Source: Perkinsus chesapeaki ATCC PRA-425 (Eukaryota > Protista > Perkinsozoa). From it: a DNA stretch of 64,000 nucleotides. The notes below the pieces were generated by a model. The model was not told the origin of the DNA, did no database searches, and saw nothing but the letters and a program-made list of their open reading frames with translations. Location: contig JAAPAO010000088.1 of assembly GCA_013115145.1 (NCBI GenBank), forward strand, positions 22,047 through 86,046, in the 5' to 3' direction. The position numbers and the translations under genes are program-made. Every line of letters starts with the position of its first letter. Positions within the stretch are counted from its first letter, which is position 1. Of the stretch, positions 1 through 13,475 are shown piece after piece.

Positions 1-381
1 TATCATCCAGCAGCGCATACTCCTGTGGTCCCGAGTTCGAGGTACGCCGGTCTAGCCAACCTGGACAGGATCTGTCTTCTCCAGGGCACCGGCCTTGACT
101 TGGCTGCGGAGAGCATGTATCACATCCTCAGCGACTTGCAATTTCCTTGATTCCTTGGCGTTGCGTGCACCCTTCATGGCTCTACTCGCCCCCCATCCAC
201 AGCCGTACAGGAAGGCTCAGCCTTCAAAGCTCTAACGGTCCCTGACTTGAGAGAAGGAATATTACATTCACATCTTGTTCGTCTCTGAGCCCTTCTTACG
301 CCTCATCCTCATGTCACCCGTTGCGTCGGCGATATTCCCTTCAAGGTCTGCACGCATGCGCACCATTGTTCCTCACCCGGA

Positions 382-2239
382 ATGTCACCTGCTGCTAGTG
401 TCGCATCCTCCCTTGTAGTTAGTACAGCTTCCCCGTGGCCTTCTATGCCGTTATCTAACACTCCCCGCACTACCGAGGTTTCCGATGTGATTGAGGTAAC
501 CGGAGAGACATGCCCACAGCGTCGAGAGCCCACTGTACACATGATGCTCAACGCCATGGACTTCAAGCTTGTGGCTAAAGGTGGGCATCGCTCTCGCTTG
601 CTCGGTCTAGGAATTATGGCATGGCCTAGTCGGCACGTAACTCCACCGTCGGCTTTATTAGACTATCGCTGGCAAGCCATTCTCTCAGGCAAGCTTCCCC
701 AGGAGAGTTGGGACTACCTGTATTCGGGTGCCGGTGACGAATTCACCTTTCAAGAGAACGAGGCTATGTTTTCACGGTGAGTTCCTTGCCTTCTACTCCC
801 ATCCGAGCACGTTGCTTTCTCAGGATAGCCTTCGTTCCGAGAGTGTTACGTAACGTGACCAATGTCACTTGCACAACAACTGTGTTGGGCAACGCCTTTG
901 ATGTGCCTTTTTATGTCACTGGTATGGCCATGGGGAAGCTCTTCCATGAAGATGGTGAGATTGCAACGAAGGGCTTCGAATGGATTACATTCAACTTGAA
1001 TGATTCAAGTTCCGTTTCGAGAGCTCTTTCTGTGGACTTTCCTCTTCCTCGTAGCACGTGCCATGGTATCCTCCCACGTGCGTCGGTGGAGGGCATGGTT
1101 GATGTTTCCATCAGGCGAGAAATGTATGGCTAGCGGTGTCAGCAAATGTGGTGTTGCTATGGGCTATATGGTTCCAACCCTAGCAAGCTGCGGTGAGGAG
1201 CCTTCCCCCTTTCCCCGCCGCCGCCTCCGAGTCCCATTCAGGTTTGCGAAGCATTGTTTCTTCAATGGGGCCAGCACTGCCCCGATGGTATCAGCTATGC
1301 GCTCATCCTGATGCAAGTGTGACTGATAAAATGATAACACGAATTATTAATTCTGATTTTACTGCTATGTTCATTACTGTTGACTGCCCTGGAGTCGGCC
1401 TTCGTGAACGGGACATGCGCCACAAAGTTGCACAGAATGGGGGCCCACAGGTGGCCGGATACTCGATAGCCGTGAGCAAGTACCTGGCTTTGGGTATGGA
1501 CTGGGACACTGTGGCCGAGCTCGCGAAATCAACTAAGACGAAGGCGCAGGGTCGTGGAAAGGATATTGATATCTTTATTAAAGGGATATCTGCTCGTAAG
1601 TGTACTCCTTCTGACTTGGGCTTTTTCTCCCGGCTCGGCCCTTTCAAGCGCTTTTTCATTGGTTCTTCTATATTCACATTAAATCTCTGTCGTATGAGAT
1701 AGTATAATATCGGCAGTAGTTATATTATTATACACTTTTCTTCAGCCGCTGATGCCGTTAAGGCCTACACAGAGCGGGACAGACTGTCCATTCGTGGTAT
1801 CGTTATATCTAACCACGGCGCCAGGCAGATCGACACTATGAAGAGCGCCGTGCAACTACTTTACGAATGTACTCGAGCTCTGAAAAAAGTGAGTGTATCT
1901 TTAACGAATAAACGTATGCTTGTATTTCAGGCCGGTTGGCGCGGCCGAGAGGATCCACAATTTTCCGTGTTCATGGACGGTGGCGTTCGCCGTGGCACTG
2001 ACGTGCTGAAGTGCGTCGCTTTGGGAGCCCGAGCTGTCGGCACGGGCAGACCATTTATGACCGCCATGGCCGCTTTTGGCGAAGAGGGAATCGCCAGGTT
2101 TGTCCGTATTTTACACGAAGAGATTATTACTACTATGAGACTACTGGGTTGCCATTCCCTCGAGGAACTTACTGAGGACTTCCTCGACACGAGGGCACTT
2201 GACTTCCCTCTTCGAGGATACATCCGTTCTTATCTTTGA
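382..2239 (+). CDS. FMN-dependent alpha-hydroxy acid dehydrogenase/oxidase (flavocytochrome b2 / glycolate oxidase family), multi-exon; 5' end uncertain and may extend upstream
   Basis: Exon translations carry family motifs in the right order: WDYLYSGAGDEFT..EN, F.PRVLRNV..V.CTTTVLG..FDVPFYV, RWYQL, ITVDCP..G.RERD, IKGI, IVISNHGARQID (about 1800-1835), DGGVRRGTDVLK..ALGA.AVG.GRP, EEI.TTMRLLGC. Stop at 2237-2239. Confidence 0.9.
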
Positions 2240-2826
2240 GGTAACCCTCATACACGACGATCACCACCAATTCTGTCACTAATGGCTTCCGACGCCAATT
2301 TTATCTAGGAGGCTCCTATTCAAACATCTAATGATCGGCTTGCTCATATCATCAGCCTGCTTTGTCTATAAGTGTTATTGCGTTACCGAGTGAAATGGGC
2401 AGTACTATCGTTCGATAAGCTGATACCTCTATCAGTCACAAACCCTTTATGATGATAAGTACCATCAAATGTGCTCCCTTCCTCAAAGACTCCTACGTGT
2501 AGCTATTTCATACAGTTACCTCCTCCTGTGCTTTGGACCATGATGTATATTGTACCCTTGCCTGCTCGCAAGTTGTTTCGGAGGGAATGCTTTTCGATTT
2601 ACCTGTTGCATTCACGAGTGCTGCCGACATTTTAATATCAAGTGCAACCCATTTAGACAGGATTGTATTCTGGCTCATCCAAAGGGAGTTACTGCAATAG
2701 TTATGTGAGGTTATGATTCCAGCTGTTGTGTTTTCCTGCGTTCGAGCTCTAGATGCTTTACTGCAAGCAACTCAACAAGCATGTGAAATACACGTAACAA
2801 TCAAATGCTTAGAAAATTGAGCCATC

Positions 2827-5089
2827 TTACTCCCGGCTGCGATCTTTGCGATCTCGAGATCGCGAACGGTGATGACGGCGGCTCTTCTCGCTGCTGCTAT
2901 GACGGTGCTTAGACTTTTTCGACCCTGGAAAATCATCGTATTCTCAACCGTGAAGCGGCGGAATATCTTACGCATTTTTGAGAGGTGCGTTCTCCAGTCC
3001 TCAACCTCGCATTTATAATCTTCCGCCTTCCGCTGACCTTCAGTTCCATTCTTTGGCTGCGGACTCTCCTCAACTGGCGGAGCTGCCGGTTGTGGCTGAG
3101 CTGCTGGCGGGGACCTACAAACCATGTTTACATTGTTAAAGGAGCGCACGAGGCACCTGGGCTCGACGGGGCGCCTTTCGTGAGGAGCCTCTCTTGTAGA
3201 GGAAGCGATGCCGCGATTCGAGGCGAACTTTTCTTTGAGTAGCTTACTGGTCTCTTTGATCTTGGCCCAACCTTGGTGCTGTTTACCTCTGCCATAGATG
3301 AGATAACAATAACAATATTAACAACAAGCGGAACGGATCCTCCACTCACTCCTGTGGACAACTGCGTGTATTAAAGATTCCCTGCTCACAGAACAGCAGC
3401 CCCATCAATACTGAGGAAGCAAATGCTTCTCTTCAAACCATCTTCACCGACGCCCCAACCGCCATCGAGACCTCGCCGCCCTTCCTCACCTTGCATGCTC
3501 GTGGGTCTCCAAGGTGATACGGGAATCATTCTCATTAAGCGTGACCAGGCAGCCGCAGACGTCACACACGAATTCAGTGCGAGTCATATTAAGATATTTC
3601 TCGCCGCTTAGCTCACGAATTTTATCATTTAACGGGTCGATCTGGCAAGGAAGAAAAGTCACGCGCCACGAAATTCAAAACGTTGTTGCCTGTCCCATCT
3701 TCTGCTCGGACTCAATTAGACGTCCTTGTTCAGCGAGGCCTTCCGCGTCCTTCACCACCTTCCGAATTCTAGTCTAAAAACAGGTAACAGAATATCTATC
3801 TCATCTACTCGTGAAGGACAATAAAGAGAGAGGCAACTGCACTATGGCCGTTGTAGAGACCGGTAATGATGACCAACGCCTTAAAACAGGAACCTTGCAT
3901 TGCCCGAATGCCTCCGAAAAAATAAGTTCGGAGAAGTCCATTCTATTTCTGTGCTTAATAATTCTCCTGCGAAGTAGCGCCTGTACTATATAATGTAGTA
4001 TATAGGTACTCAATACATACCAACTTACCGACTAGAAATTCACCCTTCTGGGGTTTTGCGTTCTGAGTACCACCGGGGCCTCCTCGCTCTCTCTTAGCAT
4101 GTCCTACGTGTTCCTCCTCCCCGAAAACATATATGCACTCATTTTCAGCTTCTAATTGCCTCTCTTAGAGGTTAGAATCACAACCCTCTTTTCCAAATCA
4201 TCGAAACAACCTCGAAAAGTTTCCAAAGCAGCGCTCGCTTTGGACCCTTGTTTACTATTAGTTAACTTATTCACTCATAATTCATATAAGTATAACTACT
4301 CCCCCACCCACCTTAAGCTCCTCTATTTTTTCCACATTCTGAGCAGGGACCTCTATATCAGGTATCTCAGTAGTAACCCTGGCCTTTGCTGAGCATCAAT
4401 GACAGTAAGCCCTTCTTCATCTTCTGTGCCCTGTCCCTCTGCTCACCTCTTCGTATTTTCTGTGCCAACTGTGTCTCCATGTATTCACAATAGCTCAACA
4501 ATTTACGTTCATACCTACCATCACAATTTATCATTCCATAACAATTATTAGCCTCACGGAAGGCTCCACCGAGTCACCATAACAAATACGCTCTATAGTG
4601 CTGGAAAATGCAGAAGGTCTATAGTGCTGGAAAATGCAGAAGGTCTTTAATTTAGGAAAATGCAGAATTTGGGAAAATGCAGAAAATCCGTTCATGTGAG
4701 GTCAGTGTGAAAATCGACCACATGTCTTTTTTCGTTGAGACAGGTAGGTGACCGCATGCATTCCGACTCTGCCCGTCCCTTACCTGTCGATGATAGCTTG
4801 CTTTTCACGACCGTCTTCCATTTGATCGAATTGGAACTTGGTGTACTCACAATGCTCCTTGCCGCATGATCCCATATAAGCTCGAGTGTTCACAAACAGC
4901 TCGTTGGGGCTGAAAAATGCCATAGTGGGGGAAGGGCGGCAGATTACCGTACCAGAAATCCACGAGATAATACGGGCAGTATTGATCCTGAGTAAACCAA
5001 TTAATCTTTTTTTCGGACCCTTTGGACTTCGCCGTAGCGTTCCGGTCTCTCCCCATCAACTGGTCGAGAAGGGCTCGAGCTTCCTCCAT
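2827..5089 (-). CDS. LUC7: LUC7-like U1 snRNP-associated splicing factor, paralog 1 (multi-exon)
   Basis: N-terminus MEEARALLDQLMGRDRN; zinc-finger 1 split over exons (YCPYYLVDF / PNELFVNTRAYMGSCGKEH). RS-rich tail ...HHRSRSRDRKDRSRE* with stop at 2827-2829. Confidence 0.85.
4592..4685. repeat. Short tandem/degenerate repeat containing GGAAAATGCAGAA (4 copies; the first two in a 26-bp unit)
   Basis: ctatagtgctggaaaatgcagaaggt twice, then two further ggaaaatgcagaa copies; lies in a LUC7-1 intron. Confidence 0.7.
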
Positions 5090-5328
5090 TGTACGGTAGA
5101 AATAAAATCGCTCTCGAAAAGTGAGGTCATGTGCATGCGTGCAGAATCATACCGTAATTCTCACAAGTAAAGAGCATATGGCATGCAGGTATTCCTAGGC
5201 GCGCGAGAATTCTGCTTGCTCATGCGTGCAGAAATTAGCCTCGTGAATAAGCGTGGTTCGTAATGCTGACACCATCGGTGATCCACTGAACTGATATAAA
5301 GCCGACTGGGAGATAGTTAACAACAGAC

Positions 5329-5352
5329 AGTAGTAGTAGTAGTAGTAGTAGC

Positions 5353-5402
<50 letters not shown>
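5329..5402. repeat. (TAG)n microsatellite, about 24 units with one interruption
   Basis: Direct reading; it produces the spurious poly-Tyr ORF 5195-5434. Confidence 0.97.
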
Positions 5403-5493
5403 AGGTTATTGTTGTTATTAGGTACTGAGCGCAAGAAGGTGAGTGGTAGAAGGAAACGCGTAAAGGCTATTTGACAGAATAAGGTAAAAGCAA

Positions 5494-8400
5494 CTAAGCT
5501 GAAGGAGGTGGCGGCAATTCCTGAGATTCCTTAGTGGTAGAATGTACGCTATCTCGACTTCTACTTCGAGTTCTGCTCTCCGCTCGAGAGGAGGAGGAAG
5601 CATTCTTGCTCGCATCGTGGTCATCATGGTGATGGTGGTGACGATGATGTCTCTTTTGCCGAGTACCTGCCATCGAATTCAAGGTTGAATGATTGACCTC
5701 CGCCGGCAGTAGACCAAACCCGCTCATAATAAGGTCGGATGATAAACAGTTAATCGATCACATAAGCAACGAACATATGGTGCTCAAAAAAAGATGTCTA
5801 TCGATCGGAGACTTTGCAAAGCCGTTCTCCATACCCAGTCGGACGACGAGCATGGCATCCAAGAATTGTAGGCGATTTTAGAAAAATACGGTATGAAACC
5901 TACGCATTTTAGCTAGGTAGTCCCTCCAGTCCTCGACCTTCTCCTTGTACTCCTCAGACGTCCGCGATATGCTAGCGCTGGCCGTCGACCCATTCCGACG
6001 TGATGAAGTTGATGCCTCCGAAGCCGGCGGGGGTGATGATGGCCTGATCAGAACAGGTCCGCGGTAAAATGCGCATGCGTGCAAAGATTCTTCCAACTTT
6101 TTAAGTGGGCGGATGCTGCACGAGACGCGTTAGGATATATGCCAAATGGTCGTCTGTAAATCCGAGTCAACTCCAAAAAATCGCGATCGATTTCGCAAAC
6201 TGCTTCGGAAAGGAATTCCTGCCGAGGAAGACAAACAGACAAGCCAGCGCTCGGTGTGAGAGGGAAAAATTCGCTGCGTCGGAAAAGCTACTGTAAAGAT
6301 CCTTTACTGAAAAGTGCAGCGAGTTCTTACGGCTGCTCCTCGTTGGCTGCTGGGGCCTCGCGGGTGGGGACTGGAGTGGCTGGGGTTGAAGAGAGAGGTG
6401 GGCGGTTGTTCAAGAATTTCTCCCGAAGAATGGAGATTGTCTCACGAATCTTAGCCCACCCTTGATGCTGTTTACCCCTGAACGAGAAAAGAATCCAAGG
6501 TCGAGCGTGCAACATACAAAGAACGTCAACCTTGCACGAGATGAAAAAGCCAAGCACGCGATATAAGTTGAGCAAGCAAAGAGGCCAACCGAGAAAGAAA
6601 GAGGTAGACAATGCAAGATACAAAAAAGGTTAATCATGCAAGATACAGAAGAGGTTGATCATGCAAGATACAAAAGAGGTTGCCCATGCAAGATACAAGA
6701 GAGCTTGATCATGCAAGATACAAAAGAAGTAAGCCGCCGTTCTTACCGTGCATGCTCATGATTCTCTACGTTAGCTTTCGGATCATTCTCATTAAGTGTG
6801 ACCAGAACTCCACAGACGTCACAGACAAACTCCGTACGCGTCATCATCATATACTTCTCGCCACTCAACTCACGAATCTTCGCATTTAACGGCTCTGCCT
6901 GAAACACATGCACAAGACTAAACTTCCCGCGCGCCACAAAATTCAGCTCTCCACCTGTCCCATTTTCTTTTCCGATTGAGCAATGTGCCCTTTCTCGGCG
7001 AGCTCCTCCGCATCTTTGACGATTTTATGAATGCGGACCTGAGGAAAGATGAAACCGTCACAACCAGCCAAACGGAAGAATCCAAAAAAAGTTGGACGGG
7101 AAGCAAATAAAAAATAAAATCGATCAACCGTTTCAAATACTAATCAACTGCTCACATCACCCGACTCATCAAATTGCCATCGAGCAGATTGCTCCACGTT
7201 ATTTTTGGGAGAGCGGGACAAAGCCTCCCGGTACAGCATCGAGTATGATACAGATATTAAGATATACTTTTCCCTATGAAGGTCGTCATAGGGAAATGAT
7301 TTTCATCTTTGTGGGGGATGTTAGCTCACCTTGAGTCCTTCAATCTGTTCCTTGTTCTGCGGAGGAATCTCTATATCCGGTATTTCAGCAGTCACTCTAG
7401 CTTTACCTGAGAGACAATAACAACAACAGTCCATCTCAACTGGGAAGAATTTAAACGACTTAATAATAACTATTGTACAAGGAATCATCCAATATAGCGT
7501 TGTTCATCCGTATGTGGCATTCATCAAGTAATGTCAAATTTGGAGCAGCCCAGGCGCAGTGTGTTCGCGGATCGTTATTCTTCCACTAGTAACATATTTC
7601 CTATCAAACTCCTCTCTATTATATCTCCTCCTCTGTATCACTAGTAACATATTTCCTATCAAACTCCTCTCTATTATATCTCCTCCTCTGTATCACTAGT
7701 AACATATTCCCCATCAAACTCCTTTCTATTATATCTCCTCCTCCTTCTCTGTATCACTAGTACTACTTCCTCTCTTTACCTCCCCCTTTTACCTCTCCTT
7801 ATCTTGTGTGCCAACTGTGTCTCCAAGTACTCCAGGAAGCTTAGTAGTTCTCGAGAATATCTGATACCAAAAACATCAAATCTAATAATGCAAAAAATTC
7901 ATGTGAAGTAGGAAAATTTTTTCTTAAGAAATATATAACGCAGTTTTCACTATCATTTACGTTTAATAATATAATATACGAAACTAAATATATTCGTTGA
8001 TAAATCAATAATTAGACATGATAATATACTATTATTCCGTCACGCGCCACTTAATTCCTCCAGTGCTACTACTACTACTTGTCCACAACAGCTCTCTTCT
8101 CTGGACAATCCTCCCATTCATCGAAGCGTGATTTGGTGTACTCGCAATGCTCCTTCCTGCAAGGGCCCATGTCAGCTTTGGTGTTAACGAAGAGATCGTG
8201 GGGGCTGAACAAAGTCGAAGAATTATCATTTCCCGTCCTAGTGCCAATCAGACTTGTCGCTAGAAGGACCTGGTCATGAAAGCGCGATTTTGCTGATGTC
8301 AAATGCGGGGAGCGATACCATCTTCATTTTGGTAGACTGATTATCCCTCTCTCCAAGACCTACCAAAAGTCGACTAAGTAAAATGGGCAGTATCTGGTCT

Positions 8401-8506
8401 GTGTCATCCAATCTATCTTCCTCTCAACAGTCTTCTTTTTCTCAGCTGCTGAGGCATTCCTATCCCTGCCCATGAGTTGGTCCAATAATGCTCTGGCCTC
8501 CTCCAT
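5494..8506 (-). CDS. LUC7: LUC7-like splicing factor, paralog 2 (multi-exon)
   Basis: ATG at 8504-8506 gives MEEARALLDQLMGRDRNA...YCPFYLVDF; next exon PHDLFVNTKADMGPCRKEHCEY. His/RS-rich tail ...SRTRSRSRDS...PPPPSA* ends at 5494. Confidence 0.85.
6611..6733. repeat. 25-bp minisatellite (tcatgcaagatacaaaagaggttga-like), about 5 copies, intronic
   Basis: atgcaagatac recurs at 25-bp spacing from 6611. Confidence 0.9.
7584..7765. repeat. 55-bp minisatellite, about 3.3 copies, in a LUC7-2 intron
   Basis: Unit cactagtaacatatttcctatcaaactcctctctattatatctcctcctctgtat starts at 7584, 7639 and 7694; the same unit occurs at 63809-64000. Confidence 0.95.
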
Positions 8507-9049
8507 AACAACAAGTAAAGGGAAATATACGTTAACTGTGTAAGAGGACAATAATACACCAGCTACAGTATAATCGAAGGCTCCACAGGGCATCGATATA
8601 CTCGAGGGAGTTGGTGTTAATGTGGCAAAACTTCAACGCGAGAGATCGATGAGGCGGTGAAAAAATCAAGTGATTCAACGAATTAAATAAGTAAACCTAA
8701 GAACGCTTCAGAATGGTTCCGTCAGACATCGTGCGGCTTAGGACAGTGAGAAGATGCGCCAGCGCACGCGTGCGCGAAATGGCACAAGAATTAACCTCGA
8801 CCGTATCTTGTACGCTTAGCCCCAAGATACGTCAATACGTACATACAAGGATCCCACTTACTAAAACAAACTCTACCGAGACGACTGCCCGTGCGAGAAG
8901 CTTCTACAATACCGCGCGCCACGAAATTATGTTACGAAGTGTCATATACACATTGGTTGCTGCACGCGTGCGCTTTTGCCGTCTCTCTTCTTCGATTGGG
9001 GCTTCGATGCTGGCGCCTTGTTGTCGGTCGATAGAACTCGCAAAGATCT

Positions 9050-12000
9050 GATGGTCTCAGCAGCAGGAGAATGAGCTGAGAAATACCTCTCCTGGGATTC
9101 GAACCGGGGACCTTTTGCTTACCCCACTTCCCAACAAACGGGTTTCCTTTATCGAGCGAGCGAAGCCCTGCCGGCTCGAGAGCCCGCGAGCTTGCACTGA
9201 TCGCCTGAAACTTGCATTCAAGCTCCACAGAAAGATTCCGTTTCTCACCTTGCGCGGTGCGCACTCTGTAGATTTTGCGCATGCGTGCGGTTGAGGATAC
9301 TCATCCGGCACTTTGCGGCCTCCCACGGTACTCTACCAATAACATGCTCGAAAATCTTCCTTTCCGTTTACCCACCGTCGAGGTGTGTCCGTTCGATCGC
9401 CGCCGAATCATCAGCGTTTGCAGGGAGACTGGAGATACGTGAGCAGACGCCACTCGGGACGCGCTCGGAGTTGACCTGCAGAATGCCTCATAGGAAATCG
9501 GCGGGTTAGTCGTATTTTGATCTCCGCAAATTCAATTGCTTAGAAAAATGCGAATGTCTACTAGACACGGGGAGGCACAGAGGAACTTCAAACGGTTGAT
9601 GCCATCAACCGTTACCGTAAGGAATGTGCTTGAGGCGAACAAGTCAAGCTTCTACACATCCAGACTGGTCAAAAGAAACTCAGAGCGGCGCCATCTTTTC
9701 GACCAGTCTATAATAATTTCGCCAAGGAATGCGACTTCTCTTTTAAGTCCATAAACTTATTTTCCAAGCGCGGCAGCTCATTCCACGGAGGCTCACCTCG
9801 TTCGGCCATCAAACACATGTCCAAGAGGCGTCAACAGTTCACTCGCACGAGGTGGAGCTCTGAAAGATACGCATACTGAGAATCTTGCGAGTGCGATCTT
9901 AGCCTCACCGGATGCTCCCAAACGTAAGTAGAGGGTCTCCACCCGACGGAAAGAGAATCGAGTCCTGAAAACTCGTGAGTAATTTCGTGGCGCAGTGACA
10001 AACTGACCATATCCGGTGTCGTAGATGTTCTCCTTGGCGCATTATTCGCCACAGTCCCCAACGGCGTAGTTATTGTATTTTGCTCCAAGCAAAAATGGAA
10101 CGCGCAATACCTAAAATACACCTGCTGGGATTCGAACCCGGGACCGTCTCTACCCAACTCGTAAACGTACTATAATATAATACTCGCGGCTAGCCTACAT
10201 CGAACGGAGTTTCATATCAGATATCTTCTTCTACTAGGAAACAGAAGCCCTCTCTGTATATATCAACGACTTAACGATACAAAAAATATGTACGGTACAA
10301 ATTGTACCTTGCTCTACCATATGTCCCTACCATAATGCCTTCCGTATCTTGAGTCGTCGACGAAAAATGAAAAAAATGTATAGCAATCTGGCTCGCACTG
10401 TAGAACCGCTAGGCCTACTTCTGACACCGGATTGCACTGATAGCATTCCTCGTTTCTATTTCCCCAACAGGCACAAAATAATTAATTTGAGATATCGTAC
10501 GCAAGTGACCCCCTGCTATCTTACTCATGAGACTTTATATTTACGTTCCACTGCAGCACGTCCGCCAATACAAATGCCTCCAACTTCTTAAGGCGATACA
10601 GCGGAGGGCCACCACCATAGGCACCAAGGTGAATCAATCCACATCTGATAGAAAAAGGGATAATAGCGTCACGCGCCACGAAACCTACTTGCTGAGATAA
10701 ATAAAACAATCTTGCAAATTGGACAAAAACAAACAATAATCCTCCCACACCTGAAACGACAAAACGCCTCGACTAGGATTTGAACTCACGCCCTTTTGGT
10801 AAACAAATCAAGTTATTACCTTGCAGGCCAAAAAGACGCTAATTGCGACGATAATACGCCAGTTCCAATCCCTCATGCATACGTTCTCAGCGAACCGACA
10901 GGCATAAACGGCTGCTACGACTATAAGCTCATTGCAGCAGGAGAAAAACCTAATAACACAGAAATGACAAAAACCCGAAACCCACGAAATTCGGGTTTCC
11001 CGAGCGAATGAAAAATCCAATGTAAGGACCACTGTTACCAATCGTGCACCCCCCTTAGAGATACGGGCTAGTTACGACAATGAAGACCACCCAAGAGGGA
11101 GTTAGAAGTAATAGGAAATAAAAGGTAATAGAAAATAAAAGGCAATAGGAAATAAAAGGTAATAGGAAATAAAAGGTAATAGGAAATAAAAGGTAATAGG
11201 AAATAAAAGGTAATAGAAAATAAAAGGTAATAGGAAATAAAAGGTAATAGGAAATAAAAGGTTTCACTTGTTGTTGATGTTGTTATTGCTATTCCTGTTC
11301 CTCCCATACCTAACACACTCCCTTAGATAGCCTTGTATCTCATATAGCGGCACTGGTACTGGTGGACCACTCAATAACTTCCTTTTATGTTCCAACTCAG
11401 AATGTGCTGCCAATGGATTCAAACATGCGCAACATTCTTTAATAGAGAATGCAGGCACCGAACGAAACCTGACCTCAAAAATGACCGGATTCATTGAGTC
11501 ACTTCCGTACAGCAAGAAAGTCGGATCCTATATAAGCAGTACTCTACTTAAGAATATCGCTGGAGGCCGCCAAAGATCCGTCTACCTCAGCGCTGCTAAT
11601 TTCCGTATATAGCTGCGTCGAGAACGAGAAGAATGCTCAAGCCGTTTTGAAAAATCTTGATGAAAGCGAAGATTCCACAAAGCCCATCTGCGGATAATCC
11701 CGACCAGATTTATACCAGCATCCAACTACTCACATTTTCCATCACTAAAATCCCACAAATGGTTGACTTTGGCAAGCGAATTCTCTACAATGTGCAATTT
11801 CCTATAAATCCACAAAAATGCGCTTGTTTTCCTCAAAGATTGGCTCAATCGTAAAGTTGATGACTCAGTACATTTTCTGATCCAACATAAGACATTTCTG
11901 TCCACATCTAGGATGATCAATGCACCGTCGAGGGCACGATCTCATATGCCTATAAAACAGTACCTGATAATCACATAGACGTGTAGACATCCCATCCAAT

Positions 12001-13161
12001 ACGACTGATAGGAATATATAATTACGGTCGGCACGTTTCGCGCTAACTGTCAAACGATAAAAACAGTAAATGTAGAAATCTCCGCCGATATCCCCGGGCG
12101 GGGTTCCACGACCCTTCGAAAATTCAGCAGGTCGATTCAAACATCGATTTTTTGGAACAGATATTTTATAATCACCTGGAAGAACCATAACGACCTACGC
12201 GAGTGGATTTAAAATTGTAATCACAAATCGCTTCGCTCCGCTGCTATTACTGCTGACTGGCGTAATATAGTAGACTTCCTGCACCTGCCAAGTTCTCTCA
12301 ACTCCGTTGGAAGTGATCGAGGATCCATCGTCGCTCTGAAAAATTGGGATAACATTTCCTTAATTTTTCAGAAGCCACCGAGTCCGCTCTAATATATCGA
12401 AGGTTCAATTGAACGGGAGTGACATTCGGGCCAATTGAATTTAAAACAAACAATTTAAAACGTGTACAATTGCCGTCGATTCTTCCTGCCGCGTCGAACG
12501 AACACACCGGCAGCAGCAGAGTTGCAAGATTCACCGATGGGCAAATCGGTGTAGAACCGATTAAAGATTTTTTTCGGTTCCTGCGGTTCTGGAAGTTTTA
12601 TATAATCCCAGACAAGAGTGCGCGATGAGCGTAATATTTCCAAGACTCCTGAAGTGCTGGCATATGTATTTGGTTGCCTTCGGTTAAGCCGTGAAATTCA
12701 CCAACGAAATGTTAACAGAAATTTTTTTCCTGATGGCCGGTGCGGAAGTCGACCGTGCTTCTGGCATTACGAAAAGATATTCATAGATTCGCACCAATGC
12801 ACTAGAAATCGTAAGACGTGGAGAGAACAGAAATTTCAATTTTGGTTGAGAAAGTACGACACAGAAGATTAAGTCTTCGATGGTGGAACTAATTTCAATC
12901 GAAAAAGATACTTTTGAGGTTGATTGGCGTACCACTGGCCGAAACTCGAGAGTTCCACAGGAGCAAGTTTCCCATTTAATAATCCAGAACTCCAGTCTTT
13001 GAAAATACTCCTTAACAAGCAGATGCATCCTTGTTAACCTCCGAAGAATCTTTTAACCTCTACCAGTAGTACCCCCTATGTAAATTCCCGCCGAGGTAGT
13101 CCGCCGCAGCCGCTCGGTCGTCATCATAATCGCGATTCAACACGGAGATGTCTCCTCCCAT
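9050..13161 (-). CDS. Hypothetical multi-exon protein(s) with a hydrophobic segment; may be one or two genes
   Basis: A series of minus-strand AG/GT-bounded open segments, e.g. MGGDISVLNRDYDDDR (ATG 13161), LDAGINLVGIIRRWALWNLRF, CCNELIVVAAVYACRF..WRIIVAISVFLACK|gt, GGLLFVFVQFARLFY, GLIHLGAYGGGPPLYRLKKLE. No family recognised; the 3' end is approximate. Confidence 0.35.
11108..11262. repeat. 17-bp minisatellite (gtaataggaaataaaag), about 9 copies
   Basis: Direct reading; it explains the repetitive FYFLLPFISYYLL ORFs. Confidence 0.95.
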
Positions 13162-13475
13162 TATGGACGAGGAAACACCGTCAAGGACGAGTCTGGTCAC
13201 CAGACTTTTGCGGGGCGCGTGACAGGATAGACGTTGAAGAAATGCAAGATCTTGCAAGACTATCAAGTGGCGTTTGTCGCGTGTCAATGGAGCGGCAAGG
13301 CAGGAGTATCTAGAGATGCAGAGTGTGCTTGCTCACGCACAGACTTGTACGCCAACGAGTGTAGGTATAGCTATTTCAGGCAGGAGTATCTAGAGGTTGA
13401 CCGTGCAAGATACAATAGAGGTGAAGTTGAGTGCATGTCAGATTTTTCGTATACTTTGGTGGGCACTTTTTGAAT

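Noticed and set aside
1-381. Possible cytochrome b5 heme domain fused to the FMN dehydrogenase
   Set aside because: No HPGG motif found in any plus frame I read; cannot be supported within this window.
5195-5434. Poly-Tyr ORF
   Set aside because: Product of the (TAG)n microsatellite.
7584-7765. Regularly spaced repeats as a possible CRISPR array (also 33796-34027 and 63809-64000)
   Set aside because: Units are contiguous with no unique spacers, the genome is eukaryotic, and no cas genes are present.
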